Shown here: piece after piece, positions 34,882-42,945 of the stretch | How positions within the stretch are numbered: position 1 is the first letter of the stretch | Layout: every line of letters starts with the position of its first letter | Origin: a virus | Taxonomy: Duplodnaviria > Caudoviricetes | DNA: 42,945 nt | Virus record (IMG/VR): IMGVR_UViG_3300020042_004234 | Location: 1 to 42,945 of that record | Direction: 5' to 3' (one strand) | The notes under the pieces: model-generated | Databases searched by the model: none | The model's input: the letters and a program-made list of their open reading frames with translations, nothing else | What the model was told of the DNA's origin: nothing | Made by a program: the position numbers and the translations under genes

Positions 34882-34896
34882 GGGGGCGTTGCCCCC
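34882..34896 (+). other. GC-rich hairpin after SSB gene
   Basis: GGGGGC-GTT-GCCCCC; no clean U-tract. Confidence 0.4.
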
Positions 34897-34923
34897 AACT
34901 AATTAATTTAAAAGGATACAAAA

Positions 34924-35223
34924 ATGGTTTCAAGAAAAGAAATGGTTGCAGAAAGAAACGCTAGATTAGAGGCAAAGCAACGAGAAAACGAAATTCAAGG
35001 CATGGTATTTAGCCACATTGATATGCGAAAAGAGATGCGGCGTCAGGAGCTAGTTAAAGAATTTATGCTTGCTTTAGCACCTAGGTTTGATCACGACGAC
35101 AACGATAGTTCAGAAAGTATTCATAGCGCCGCACTAGATTTAGCTACTGTGTATATGGTAAGGAGCAAAGAGTGGCTTGATGAAGTTGAAGGCGATATAC
35201 GATACGAGCTAACAGGCAAATAA
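34924..35223 (+). CDS. hypothetical protein
   Basis: AAGGA RBS. Confidence 0.7.
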   Translation: MVSRKEMVAERNARLEAKQRENEIQGMVFSHIDMRKEMRRQELVKEFMLALAPRFDHDDNDSSESIHSAALDLATVYMVRSKEWLDEVEGDIRYELTGK

Positions 35224-35227
35224 GTTT

Positions 35228-35288
35228 TGGGGGGAATGTGGATGGTTTAATAACCCGATGCTTCACGTACATTGCACTAGTACCCCCA
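35228..35288 (+). ncRNA. putative structured intergenic RNA with loop-E-like GAA/AGUA internal loop
   Basis: TGGGGG-GAA...AGTA-CCCCCA closing a multi-hairpin segment. Confidence 0.35.
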
Positions 35289-35310
35289 CCCCCAATATAC
35301 CGAGAAAATC

Positions 35311-35577
35311 ATGGCTTATTCAGAAGAAATTAGAAACACAACAAAGAACGCACCTAAGACGCTGGGCAACCAGCTAGGACGGTGGGCTATCAGCTTAGAT
35401 TTCCCAGTAATAGAAGTAGCAAAATTTACAGGCGCAACAAGACAAACTGTGTACAACTGGTTCAGCGGAACCGAAGTAACCAACGCATATAAGATGCGTG
35501 TGCAGTCCTTGTTGAACATACTCCAATCAAGCAAGACATCCGAAGAGGCACTAAGACAATGCAACAAACATCAATAG
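35311..35577 (+). CDS. Cro/XRE-like helix-turn-helix protein
   Basis: VIEVAKFTGATRQTVYNWFSG. Confidence 0.8.
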   Translation: MAYSEEIRNTTKNAPKTLGNQLGRWAISLDFPVIEVAKFTGATRQTVYNWFSGTEVTNAYKMRVQSLLNILQSSKTSEEALRQCNKHQ

Positions 35578-35726
35578 AATCCCCAATCCATGCCGCATCC
35601 CTTAGTGATCTTGAACTGTTACGCTTTGCTGAAGAATTTGTATATGGTCAAGGATTACCTAAGCATTTCCAAATAGAGTTAGTTCGCCGTTTCGCTGACA
35701 AAATAGTACAAACACGCAGTTATTAA
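35559..35726 (+). CDS. 55-aa hypothetical protein
   Basis: GAGG RBS; fills gap before primase; hand-translated. Confidence 0.5.
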   Translation: MQQTSIESPIHAASLSDLELLRFAEEFVYGQGLPKHFQIELVRRFADKIVQTRSY

Positions 35727-35741
35727 TTCGAAAGGTTTCAC

Positions 35742-38612
35742 ATGACGTCGCAGGAATTCCTAGCGACTGTGCTACCGACTTCGGGTATTTATTGCGCCGT
35801 AGAACTTAGCACAGCTAAAAAAGAACATGTATTCGTCAACACGATTGACGAACTGTATAACACCGCAATGGCATTTGATGAGAAGGGCTACAACACTTTC
35901 TACGCATTAGCATCCTTTAACGAGAAGAAGCGCACGGCTGATAGCGCCTCAAAGATGAAGTCGTTGTTCTTGGATATTGATTGCGGAGTAGGTAAAGATT
36001 ACGAGAACAAGGGGCAAGCGGCTACTGCTTTGGATTTGTTCTTGGGTGATACAGACTTAAACACTTTAGGCACGCCGTTCATTGTTTCTAGTGGCGGTGG
36101 GTTACATGTGTATTTCCCCCTTGAGGAAGAAGTAGATATTGCTGTTTGGAAACCTGTTGCAGAGAACCTTAAACGCTTAGCTAAGAAGCACGGCTTTAAC
36201 ATCGACGCCTCTGTTACTGGGGACGTAGCACGGATTCTGCGTGTGCCTGATACACACAACTATAAAGAAACCAAGCCACGCAAGGTATCTATCAAGGTCA
36301 AGGGTGATGTATTCAACTTTGAGGCACTTTCTACCCACCTTAGAGAAGCGATTGGGGTTGCGGCATACGAAGGCTTACCTGCATTACAACTGCCCGGAAA
36401 CCGCCCTAAACTACCGCCCAATGCCAATAGCGTCAAGCTAATAGAGAACAGCGTTACGTTCTTTAAAAACATTACAACCTGTGGGCAGATCAAATACTAC
36501 AAAGAACACGCAACAAAAGACGGCATGGAACCCTTGTGGCGTGGCATCCTCAGCATAGCTAAATCGTGTGCTGATGGGGTAGAAGAAGGCTTGGCGTTAT
36601 CAGCTATGCACCCCTACGATTTAGACCGCCACAACACTAAGTGGAATCAGATCAAAGGACCCTACAAGTGCCTTAAGCTGGACGAAGCAAATCCCGGTGT
36701 ATGTACAAACTGCTCACACTACGGCAAGATTACTAACCCCCTAGCACTAGGTCGGGAGATAAAGGTTGACAACGAACCGAAAGAAATTGTAGTCGATCGG
36801 ATACAAGAGAAAGAAGTATCAGCCAATCTTAATGACGAGACAGAGCCAGTCAAGATTACACGCCCAACCCCACCTAAAGGATTTGGCTTTGGTGCTAATG
36901 GCGGTGTGTTTATGGATAGGATGGTGGAGGACGAACAGGGCGGTAAATCACGAAAACAGGTCATGCTTCTCCCTTACGATTTGTTCGCAGTAGATATCCT
37001 TAATAATAAAGGAGATCACATAGTTCACCTAATGGCTTTTCGTCCTGATGGTGCAATTGATGTTTTAATCCCTCAGAAATCCATTGTCAGTAAAGAAGAA
37101 ACCGTCAAGGCACTAGCCAATCAGAACATCATTGCCGCCTTTGGTGCTGGTAATGACAAGAACCTATTTGACTATGTGCGTGGCTGTGTGGAGTTTATTA
37201 GTGCCAATAAGAAGGCTATACCTATACCAAGTAGTTGTGGCTGGCAAGAAGACGAAACATTCGTATACAACAGCCGTATCTTTGCACCTAACGGCACAGA
37301 AATATACGTGCCAACCCCAGCGTTAGATAACATCAACCAGTCTACCAAACCAACTGGCACGCTAGATAACTGGAAAAAGGTCTTTAACATGCTGATTGCC
37401 AAGGGTGAGTGGCAGGTCTTGGCTATGTCTTTAGTTGGTCCAGCATCCATCCTAATGGACTTTACAGGGTATAACGGCTGTGTATATCACCTTGGTTCAT
37501 CCAAATCAGGTATGGGTAAGTCGTTGGCGCTTGAACTAGCGGCTAGTTTCTTTGGTCATCCTGAGCGGTATCGTGTAACGCAGAGTACATCTATTGTTGC
37601 ATCGCAACAGCGTCAGGGTTTACTTAACAGCTTGCCATTCATTATTGACGAGACTACCAACAAGAGCCGTGACGACTTTGAGTGGTTGCCTGAGTTCCTG
37701 CTAGATTTAACGCAGGGTAAGGGTAAAGATCGTATGAAACAGGGCTCTAATGAAGAGCGGATTAACGACACTACTTGGAAACTGCTGGTGCTTTTCTCAT
37801 CCAATACGCACGTCATGGACTTTTTATCAGGCGCTCGTAAACACGCATCACAGGCTGAGATGTTCCGTCTTCTAGAACTGCAAATGAACAAGAAGCTGAA
37901 GTGGACAGCCGAAGAAGCCGAAGCTTTGTCGTTACTTAAAAAGAACTTCGGTGTGGCAGGACGTGAACTGATTCGCTGGATTGTTAGGAATAGGGAAACC
38001 GCCAAGCAGGTGTTAGCTGAAACCAAAGCCAAGCTCAAAGTAGAGTTTGAATCTAACGAAGACGAGCGCTACTGGACTGCGGGTAATAGTTGCATCATCG
38101 CTGTTGTACAACTGCTTGGTAAGAAGTATGCAAACATAATCGACATTCCAGTTAAGCCTATCGTAGAAGTTCTGCGCATGATGGTATACAGCGCCCGTGG
38201 GATTATCCATAGTAGTGAGCGTACGGCTGAGGATGTATTGAACGCCTATACCCGTGAGTATTTTGGTAAGTTTGTTATGGTCAAAGTATCTATCGAGGGC
38301 AAAATAGCCGCTAGCTTTGGTGTTGATGGGGTGATTGATGAGTCACTTACTCGATCGGATATTGCAGGGCGTGTAGAAAAAGGCTTCACACCGGGGCACA
38401 TTGACTACTTCATTGAAGAGCAACTACTCAAACAGCATTGTGTATCAATGAGTTTTGGCTACAAGGATTTTAAAGAAGCCATTGAAGTGTTGCCTAACTA
38501 CAAGGTCAAGTATGTGCGCAAGGATATGTTAACCAAGACTCGTGGTCCTAGCATGCGGGTCAACGTGATGCAGATTACTAGACCAATAACGCCTGACGAT
38601 GAAGAAAGTTAA
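35742..38612 (+). CDS. primase-helicase (AEP/RepB-like primase plus DUF927-type P-loop domain)
   Basis: LDID, SGGGLHVY, ARILRVP..HNYK, Cys cluster C..C..C.H, GMGKS, IIDE. Confidence 0.85.
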   Translation: MTSQEFLATVLPTSGIYCAVELSTAKKEHVFVNTIDELYNTAMAFDEKGYNTFYALASFNEKKRTADSASKMKSLFLDIDCGVGKDYENKGQAATALDLFLGDTDLNTLGTPFIVSSGGGLHVYFPLEEEVDIAVWKPVAENLKRLAKKHGFNIDASVTGDVARILRVPDTHNYKETKPRKVSIKVKGDVFNFEALSTHLREAIGVAAYEGLPALQLPGNRPKLPPNANSVKLIENSVTFFKNITTCGQIKYYKEHATKDGMEPLWRGILSIAKSCADGVEEGLALSAMHPYDLDRHNTKWNQIKGPYKCLKLDEANPGVCTNCSHYGKITNPLALGREIKVDNEPKEIVVDRIQEKEVSANLNDETEPVKITRPTPPKGFGFGANGGVFMDRMVEDEQGGKSRKQVMLLPYDLFAVDILNNKGDHIVHLMAFRPDGAIDVLIPQKSIVSKEETVKALANQNIIAAFGAGNDKNLFDYVRGCVEFISANKKAIPIPSSCGWQEDETFVYNSRIFAPNGTEIYVPTPALDNINQSTKPTGTLDNWKKVFNMLIAKGEWQVLAMSLVGPASILMDFTGYNGCVYHLGSSKSGMGKSLALELAASFFGHPERYRVTQSTSIVASQQRQGLLNSLPFIIDETTNKSRDDFEWLPEFLLDLTQGKGKDRMKQGSNEERINDTTWKLLVLFSSNTHVMDFLSGARKHASQAEMFRLLELQMNKKLKWTAEEAEALSLLKKNFGVAGRELIRWIVRNRETAKQVLAETKAKLKVEFESNEDERYWTAGNSCIIAVVQLLGKKYANIIDIPVKPIVEVLRMMVYSARGIIHSSERTAEDVLNAYTREYFGKFVMVKVSIEGKIAASFGVDGVIDESLTRSDIAGRVEKGFTPGHIDYFIEEQLLKQHCVSMSFGYKDFKEAIEVLPNYKVKYVRKDMLTKTRGPSMRVNVMQITRPITPDDEES

Positions 38613-38790
38613 AGTGCACTACCCGTGGCAGAAGTTAGAGATTAAACAGAAGTTTTTTATACCAACACTGCGACTAGAGGAGACAAAAAGTGAAGGGCTA
38701 AGCGCCGCCACTCACCACCGCATTATAGGTAAAGCCGAGTTTGGCACCGTACAGGGCAAACTCGGTGTTTTGTTTACTCGCGTGCGCTAG
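38599..38790 (+). CDS. hypothetical protein
   Basis: YPW..L...FFIP pattern; last gene of plus arm, overlapping the convergent stop. Confidence 0.6.
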   Translation: MKKVKVHYPWQKLEIKQKFFIPTLRLEETKSEGLSAATHHRIIGKAEFGTVQGKLGVLFTRVR

Positions 38791-41700
38791 AAAATTCTTT
38801 AGCTAGCTGTATCTTATCTTGGCGAATGGCGTCTAGTTCAGCACGTTTCTCTGCGCCATTTAACGAACCATCAGCCCTAACATTGCGTTCTGCTCTAGTT
38901 AAGTCACCCATTTTTTTACGGAAAGAGCCTGCCATAGTACCCATACCAAGCATGTCGGCGTTAGCAGTTACATAATCTTCGGCTTCTTTCTCACGACCTT
39001 CTTCTATCATCTTGTCGTACGTTTCCTTAGTCTGAACAATTTCGTTCATATCTTTGTAGGCTTTGTTAATTAGCCCACCAGCATCTTTAGGTTGAAAGAA
39101 CGAACCAATCAACGGGGTTTCGCTACTTAACATACCACGGCTCTCAGGCTGTTCACCTGCCTCAGAAGAACGCAAGATTGGATTAGACAACGAAACAATG
39201 GCTAACGGCAAGCTACCTGTATAGCCACGGACCAAATACTCAAGTTTAACAGGCGAAATATTAAACGTGGCACCAATCATCTTAGCAATCTCAGAAGTGC
39301 GCTCGGTGTAACGCTCGCCCGGCTCGTATTGTTGTAATCTAGCGGATTCAATATCACGCCATGTAAAGAACGAATGGTTGATAGCCACTTCAAGCAACGG
39401 TTTAATACCCTGTGGACCGCTGATTGGAATAGAATTCCATGCCATTTTACCGATTGCAGATACAGCATCACGGGCTTTTTCGTCGCCAAACATAGTGTTG
39501 ACAAGCGCTTCCGGTATAGCTTTAAACAGTAGCCCAACTTCAAATGGAATAGGTACTTTGATGTACTCATCGCCAAACGGATTTGGAAAAAACCAGTTGC
39601 CATACTTCTCGTCATCATTAGCGTTCTGATAAGACTCGTCGTCCTGCATCATAGATGCGTACAACATGGTAAATCCAGCCATCATAATGGCCCGTTGCAC
39701 TAGCTTCTGTTTAACTTTTAACTTCTCATTAAACGGCATCTTGCCTGTAAACGCTTGGTATATTACGTTTAGACCTTGGATCTGTGCGTTCATAAACGGC
39801 ACCATTGTAGACAGTGCAAACAAGCTAGGCGAGATACCACGTTTACTAAAGTTCATAGACTCAAGCGTAGCCAAGGTAGCTTCCATTTCAGACAGCCCTT
39901 GTTTAATAAAGTTGTTGTACATTACAACACGCGTTGCAGCATCACCTTGGATAGCCAGTTGGTCTAGCTGAGCCATGCGGTATTCCCAACCTTTTTTACC
40001 AGCCGTAACATCACGGAGAATCTTGGTCATATCTTCAGAAGTGCCAGTTAATACCTGACCGCCCAAAATACCTCGACGTTGGAGAAGAGGCTCACCCTCA
40101 CTCTTGCCACGAATCATCTTGCTAATTTCTTTAAACGAGCTAACGATTGGAACTGTATCTAAACCAGTAGTAAATACGGCGTTTAATGGGTCACGAACTA
40201 CCTGACGTAGCGCATACGCTGGGTTTCTTGTTACCCACTTGCGCAGTAAGTTAGCCGGTATATTCATCAGCTTGACTGCGTTTGGCAACGAAGTGTTAAC
40301 GCCCTCCATGCCCTTAATCAACAACTCAGCAGGAATATCAAGAGATTTAGTGTTTACTGTAGCCCAGTAATTTTCGCCATCAATTTTAAAACGAAGAGTG
40401 TCAACGCCTTTTGGACCATCGCCCTTGTGCAAACCAACACCTTTTTCTTTCTCGCCTACTTTAAGTAGCCCCATATCGCCCAAAGCAAACGCCGTATTGC
40501 GAGTTGCTAGGTTGCGTAAAGCCATATCGGTAAGCATAGCGGTGTTCTGTAACGCACTGGTATACACATCATAGATCGGTTTATCGCCACCAACTAACTC
40601 ATGCAAGTACGGCTGGTCAGCCAAGTTACCAATCTTAATAGCGGGCGCACCGCCAATCTCAAGGAACACAGACCCGTCAGAACGTTGACGATAAAACGGA
40701 ACATAATCGCCGTCTTTAGTTAGTTGCGCACCAATATCTTTAGGAATAGCGCCTGTCTTAACCGCAAAGTTGATTAAACCTTTGTTGTATTCAGCATAAA
40801 TGCCTGCGGCTTTTTCAAAGGCGGCTTTAGTTGACGGGCTACCATTAACAGCTTTCATGGTGTCGTCAAGCATTTTCTGTGTAAGATCAGGTCCAAAGTT
40901 TAACTTAGCAAGACCTATTTTTGGGTTAGCGGCACGCTTAGCGGCTAAATACATGGTAAAAATACGAGAAGTTGCTTCTGCATTACCTACGTCAGCATCT
41001 TTAAGAGCGGCTGCCATATCTTTTAAGTTAGCGCCCGGCTCGCTTTCAATAATAAGACCTTTGCCGTCTTTAGCAGGTTTTAAATCTAGCGGACCATTAG
41101 ACGCCACTTCAGAAGTAAAAGACATACGTTGGTCGTGCATGCGCAAGAAATACATTAGCTGAGTTGCTTTTAAAGAGTCTTTCATCTGATTGGCAACGGC
41201 TTGTATAGGCGCAAAGCGGTCAATGTACTTGGTCTTAAATATTAAACCAGTAGCTTCGCCTTTGATCTTGTTAACAAACGACTTCTCTTTAGCAACAATC
41301 TTGTCAGAATAATCAAGCACGTTCTCAAAACCAGCATTAGCTACGGCTGGTTTAACGCTAAATAAAATGTCGCCGTTTTTATTTACGTAGGCACCGGGCG
41401 AACCCTCATTAAATTGCTTGCGTGCGTCGCGCAGTAACTTGTAGATGTCAGACGTACTAATATCTAAATCCACACCACGCTTACGTAGCGCAGCACGGAC
41501 AGCGCCTACCAAAGCCTTAATAAACGCCTTGGCTGTTTCCAGCATGTTTCTAGTAGGTCTTGTTTCTTCAACGTGCGCAATCAATTCACGTACGGCATTC
41601 AGTACGCTATCTTCTTCAGACTTGGTGCGGCGAGCATTAGCGTAGGCGGCTAACACATCGTCAAGTACTCCAAGCTTTTCAGCTAAATCAAAAACACTGT

Positions 41701-42943
41701 TTTCTGTTTTTTGAATCTGTTTAGCAAGGGCTTTCATGCCAGCTTCGCCGAGCAGTTGCTCTACACCTAAGTGACCAATCAACTCGTGCGCAATGGTTTG
41801 CTTTACATCGTTAAGGTCTGTATGGTTTTCAGCAACAAATATTACAGTACCATCAGGCAGAACACCACCACGAACTTGCTTAGGGTCATGCCCAGCCGCA
41901 GAAATCTTTTCTGCCAAACTACCGCCCAGCTTATCAAAAATAACAATCTTCAAGCCTTTAGGTATCTTAATCTTGGCAAGCTCTTTCTTAACGTCAGCTT
42001 GGCTCACATTACCCGTAGTAGCAGGCGCTTTCTCAGCACGAGCCTTAAAGCCAAAAGTTAAACCCTGTTGCACAAACTCATAATCTTCACGACTAATGCC
42101 TGCGTCGCGTGCTTCTTGTTCTAAATCTTCTGTTTTTCTTTGTGTAGGCTTTTTTGCTACTCCCGTAACCATTTTAGGAGGGCGTGTTGTTTTTACATCT
42201 TTTACCCCAGTCATAGCCATACGGGCTTGAGCCATCTTACTCTTAAGTTGTTTTTCTAACGAATTGGCAGTTTGTTCTTGGCGTTTAGCTTGTTTTTCGT
42301 TGCCATTCTTGCGGCTCTCTACGGCTGCGGCTTTAAACTTCTTAACCTCAGTCTCCATCTGTTGTGGTGTCATACCACGCTTAACTTGCTCACGAATAGC
42401 TTGACGTTCTATGGCGGCTTCTTTTTCTTCTGCAATTATTTCTGCACGTTTTTCAGCAGAAGTTTTGGGTTTAATAGAGTACCGAATTGCTTCTGATACT
42501 TTTTCTTTTCCTTCTTTAGTTGTACTAATTGTTCTTGGAAATACAATTCCAGTTGTTTTCTTTTGAAGAATGGGTTCACCAGTACCAACTTTTTTAGCAC
42601 GGGTTGTAACAATTTCTTGTTTTATTGATGGCAGCTCTTTTAATGCTTCCGTTTGCTTTTGTTCAGCTTTACGTTTTTCTTTAATTTGTTTTTCTAGGGC
42701 GTTTGCAACTTCAGCTTTGGTTTTGCCTACGTCAGCACGCGCTTTAATAACAGCCGCTTCTTTTATACCCTGTGGTGTTTTTTCATACGCTTTTTCAAAA
42801 CGATCTAAAAGTTTTTGTTCGTATTCTAAATTAGCTTTTGCTAATTCATTAGCTTTAGCGTGTAGTTTATCTATTTGTTTACTACGACTAACAGTTTCAA
42901 CGTCTAGTTCTTTAATTTGTCTTTCAAAATAATCAAAATTATT
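38774..42943 (-). CDS. giant virion/ejection-type polyvalent protein with zincin-like HExxGH and C-terminal LPD38-like domain; 5' end beyond window
   Basis: frame checked open from 42373 to the right edge; AHELIGH; NFS.RG..VPF.NA.IQG; IKVPIPFEVG..FK..PE; SP.KLEYLVRGYTG. Confidence 0.8.
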   Translation of the reverse strand, partial: NNFDYFERQIKELDVETVSRSKQIDKLHAKANELAKANLEYEQKLLDRFEKAYEKTPQGIKEAAVIKARADVGKTKAEVANALEKQIKEKRKAEQKQTEALKELPSIKQEIVTTRAKKVGTGEPILQKKTTGIVFPRTISTTKEGKEKVSEAIRYSIKPKTSAEKRAEIIAEEKEAAIERQAIREQVKRGMTPQQMETEVKKFKAAAVESRKNGNEKQAKRQEQTANSLEKQLKSKMAQARMAMTGVKDVKTTRPPKMVTGVAKKPTQRKTEDLEQEARDAGISREDYEFVQQGLTFGFKARAEKAPATTGNVSQADVKKELAKIKIPKGLKIVIFDKLGGSLAEKISAAGHDPKQVRGGVLPDGTVIFVAENHTDLNDVKQTIAHELIGHLGVEQLLGEAGMKALAKQIQKTENSVFDLAEKLGVLDDVLAAYANARRTKSEEDSVLNAVRELIAHVEETRPTRNMLETAKAFIKALVGAVRAALRKRGVDLDISTSDIYKLLRDARKQFNEGSPGAYVNKNGDILFSVKPAVANAGFENVLDYSDKIVAKEKSFVNKIKGEATGLIFKTKYIDRFAPIQAVANQMKDSLKATQLMYFLRMHDQRMSFTSEVASNGPLDLKPAKDGKGLIIESEPGANLKDMAAALKDADVGNAEATSRIFTMYLAAKRAANPKIGLAKLNFGPDLTQKMLDDTMKAVNGSPSTKAAFEKAAGIYAEYNKGLINFAVKTGAIPKDIGAQLTKDGDYVPFYRQRSDGSVFLEIGGAPAIKIGNLADQPYLHELVGGDKPIYDVYTSALQNTAMLTDMALRNLATRNTAFALGDMGLLKVGEKEKGVGLHKGDGPKGVDTLRFKIDGENYWATVNTKSLDIPAELLIKGMEGVNTSLPNAVKLMNIPANLLRKWVTRNPAYALRQVVRDPLNAVFTTGLDTVPIVSSFKEISKMIRGKSEGEPLLQRRGILGGQVLTGTSEDMTKILRDVTAGKKGWEYRMAQLDQLAIQGDAATRVVMYNNFIKQGLSEMEATLATLESMNFSKRGISPSLFALSTMVPFMNAQIQGLNVIYQAFTGKMPFNEKLKVKQKLVQRAIMMAGFTMLYASMMQDDESYQNANDDEKYGNWFFPNPFGDEYIKVPIPFEVGLLFKAIPEALVNTMFGDEKARDAVSAIGKMAWNSIPISGPQGIKPLLEVAINHSFFTWRDIESARLQQYEPGERYTERTSEIAKMIGATFNISPVKLEYLVRGYTGSLPLAIVSLSNPILRSSEAGEQPESRGMLSSETPLIGSFFQPKDAGGLINKAYKDMNEIVQTKETYDKMIEEGREKEAEDYVTANADMLGMGTMAGSFRKKMGDLTRAERNVRADGSLNGAEKRAELDAIRQDKIQLAKEFSSARE

Positions 42944-42945
42944 TT

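Noticed and set aside
1414-42496. Numerous antisense and off-frame ORFs in the track (e.g. 3919-4368, 14867-15328, 28792-29304, 29031-29615, 37613-38038)
   Set aside because: Largely overlapping well-supported genes; no RBS or motifs
42373-42945. Separate gene or frameshift upstream of the 1199-aa ORF, and plus-strand ORF 42570-42932
   Set aside because: The minus frame is continuously open to the edge; the plus ORF is its antisense shadow
1-42945. tRNA, rRNA, integrase/att site, reverse transcriptase or IS element
   Set aside because: No T-loop/cloverleaf, recombinase, RT or transposase motifs recognised by eye; a tRNAscan/HMM run would be needed to exclude them fully

Overview
The window is a large part of a tailed dsDNA phage genome with no host genes visible. 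It has a podovirus-type head module, and a freshwater betaproteobacterial host is a plausible inference only. There are two divergent arms. The minus-strand late arm (15474 to 1) carries terS, terL, portal, GroES, scaffold, major capsid, minor structural genes, a holin candidate, a cluster of small Lys/Gly-rich proteins and a head-tail adaptor. It is interrupted by a plus-strand cassette with a proteasome-beta/HslV-like Ntn peptidase and an HNH nuclease. The plus-strand early/replication arm (16153 to 38790) carries many small ORFs, a MoxR ATPase plus metallopeptidase-VWA pair, VRR-NUC, family A DNA polymerase, Cas4-like exonuclease, SNF2 helicase, SSB, a Cro-like HTH and a primase-helicase. 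It converges on a giant LPD38-type protein that runs off the right edge. The most notable observations are: (1) basic mini-modules joined by a recurring hydrophobic-x-x-Gly-Gly linker, several carrying a GxxxxGKT motif, suggesting processed core polyproteins; (2) a 21-bp palindrome repeated four times in the early region; (3) a promoter- and terminator-bounded ~89-nt RNA with an anti-Shine-Dalgarno loop complementary to early-gene RBSs; (4) a double-pseudoknot leader abutting an RBS; (5) a ~68-bp inverted repeat around an AT-rich core (candidate origin); (6) a phasin-like peptide with a PhaR-box-like site. All family calls come from motif recognition by eye, not database searches. No tRNA, rRNA, CRISPR array or integrase was seen.
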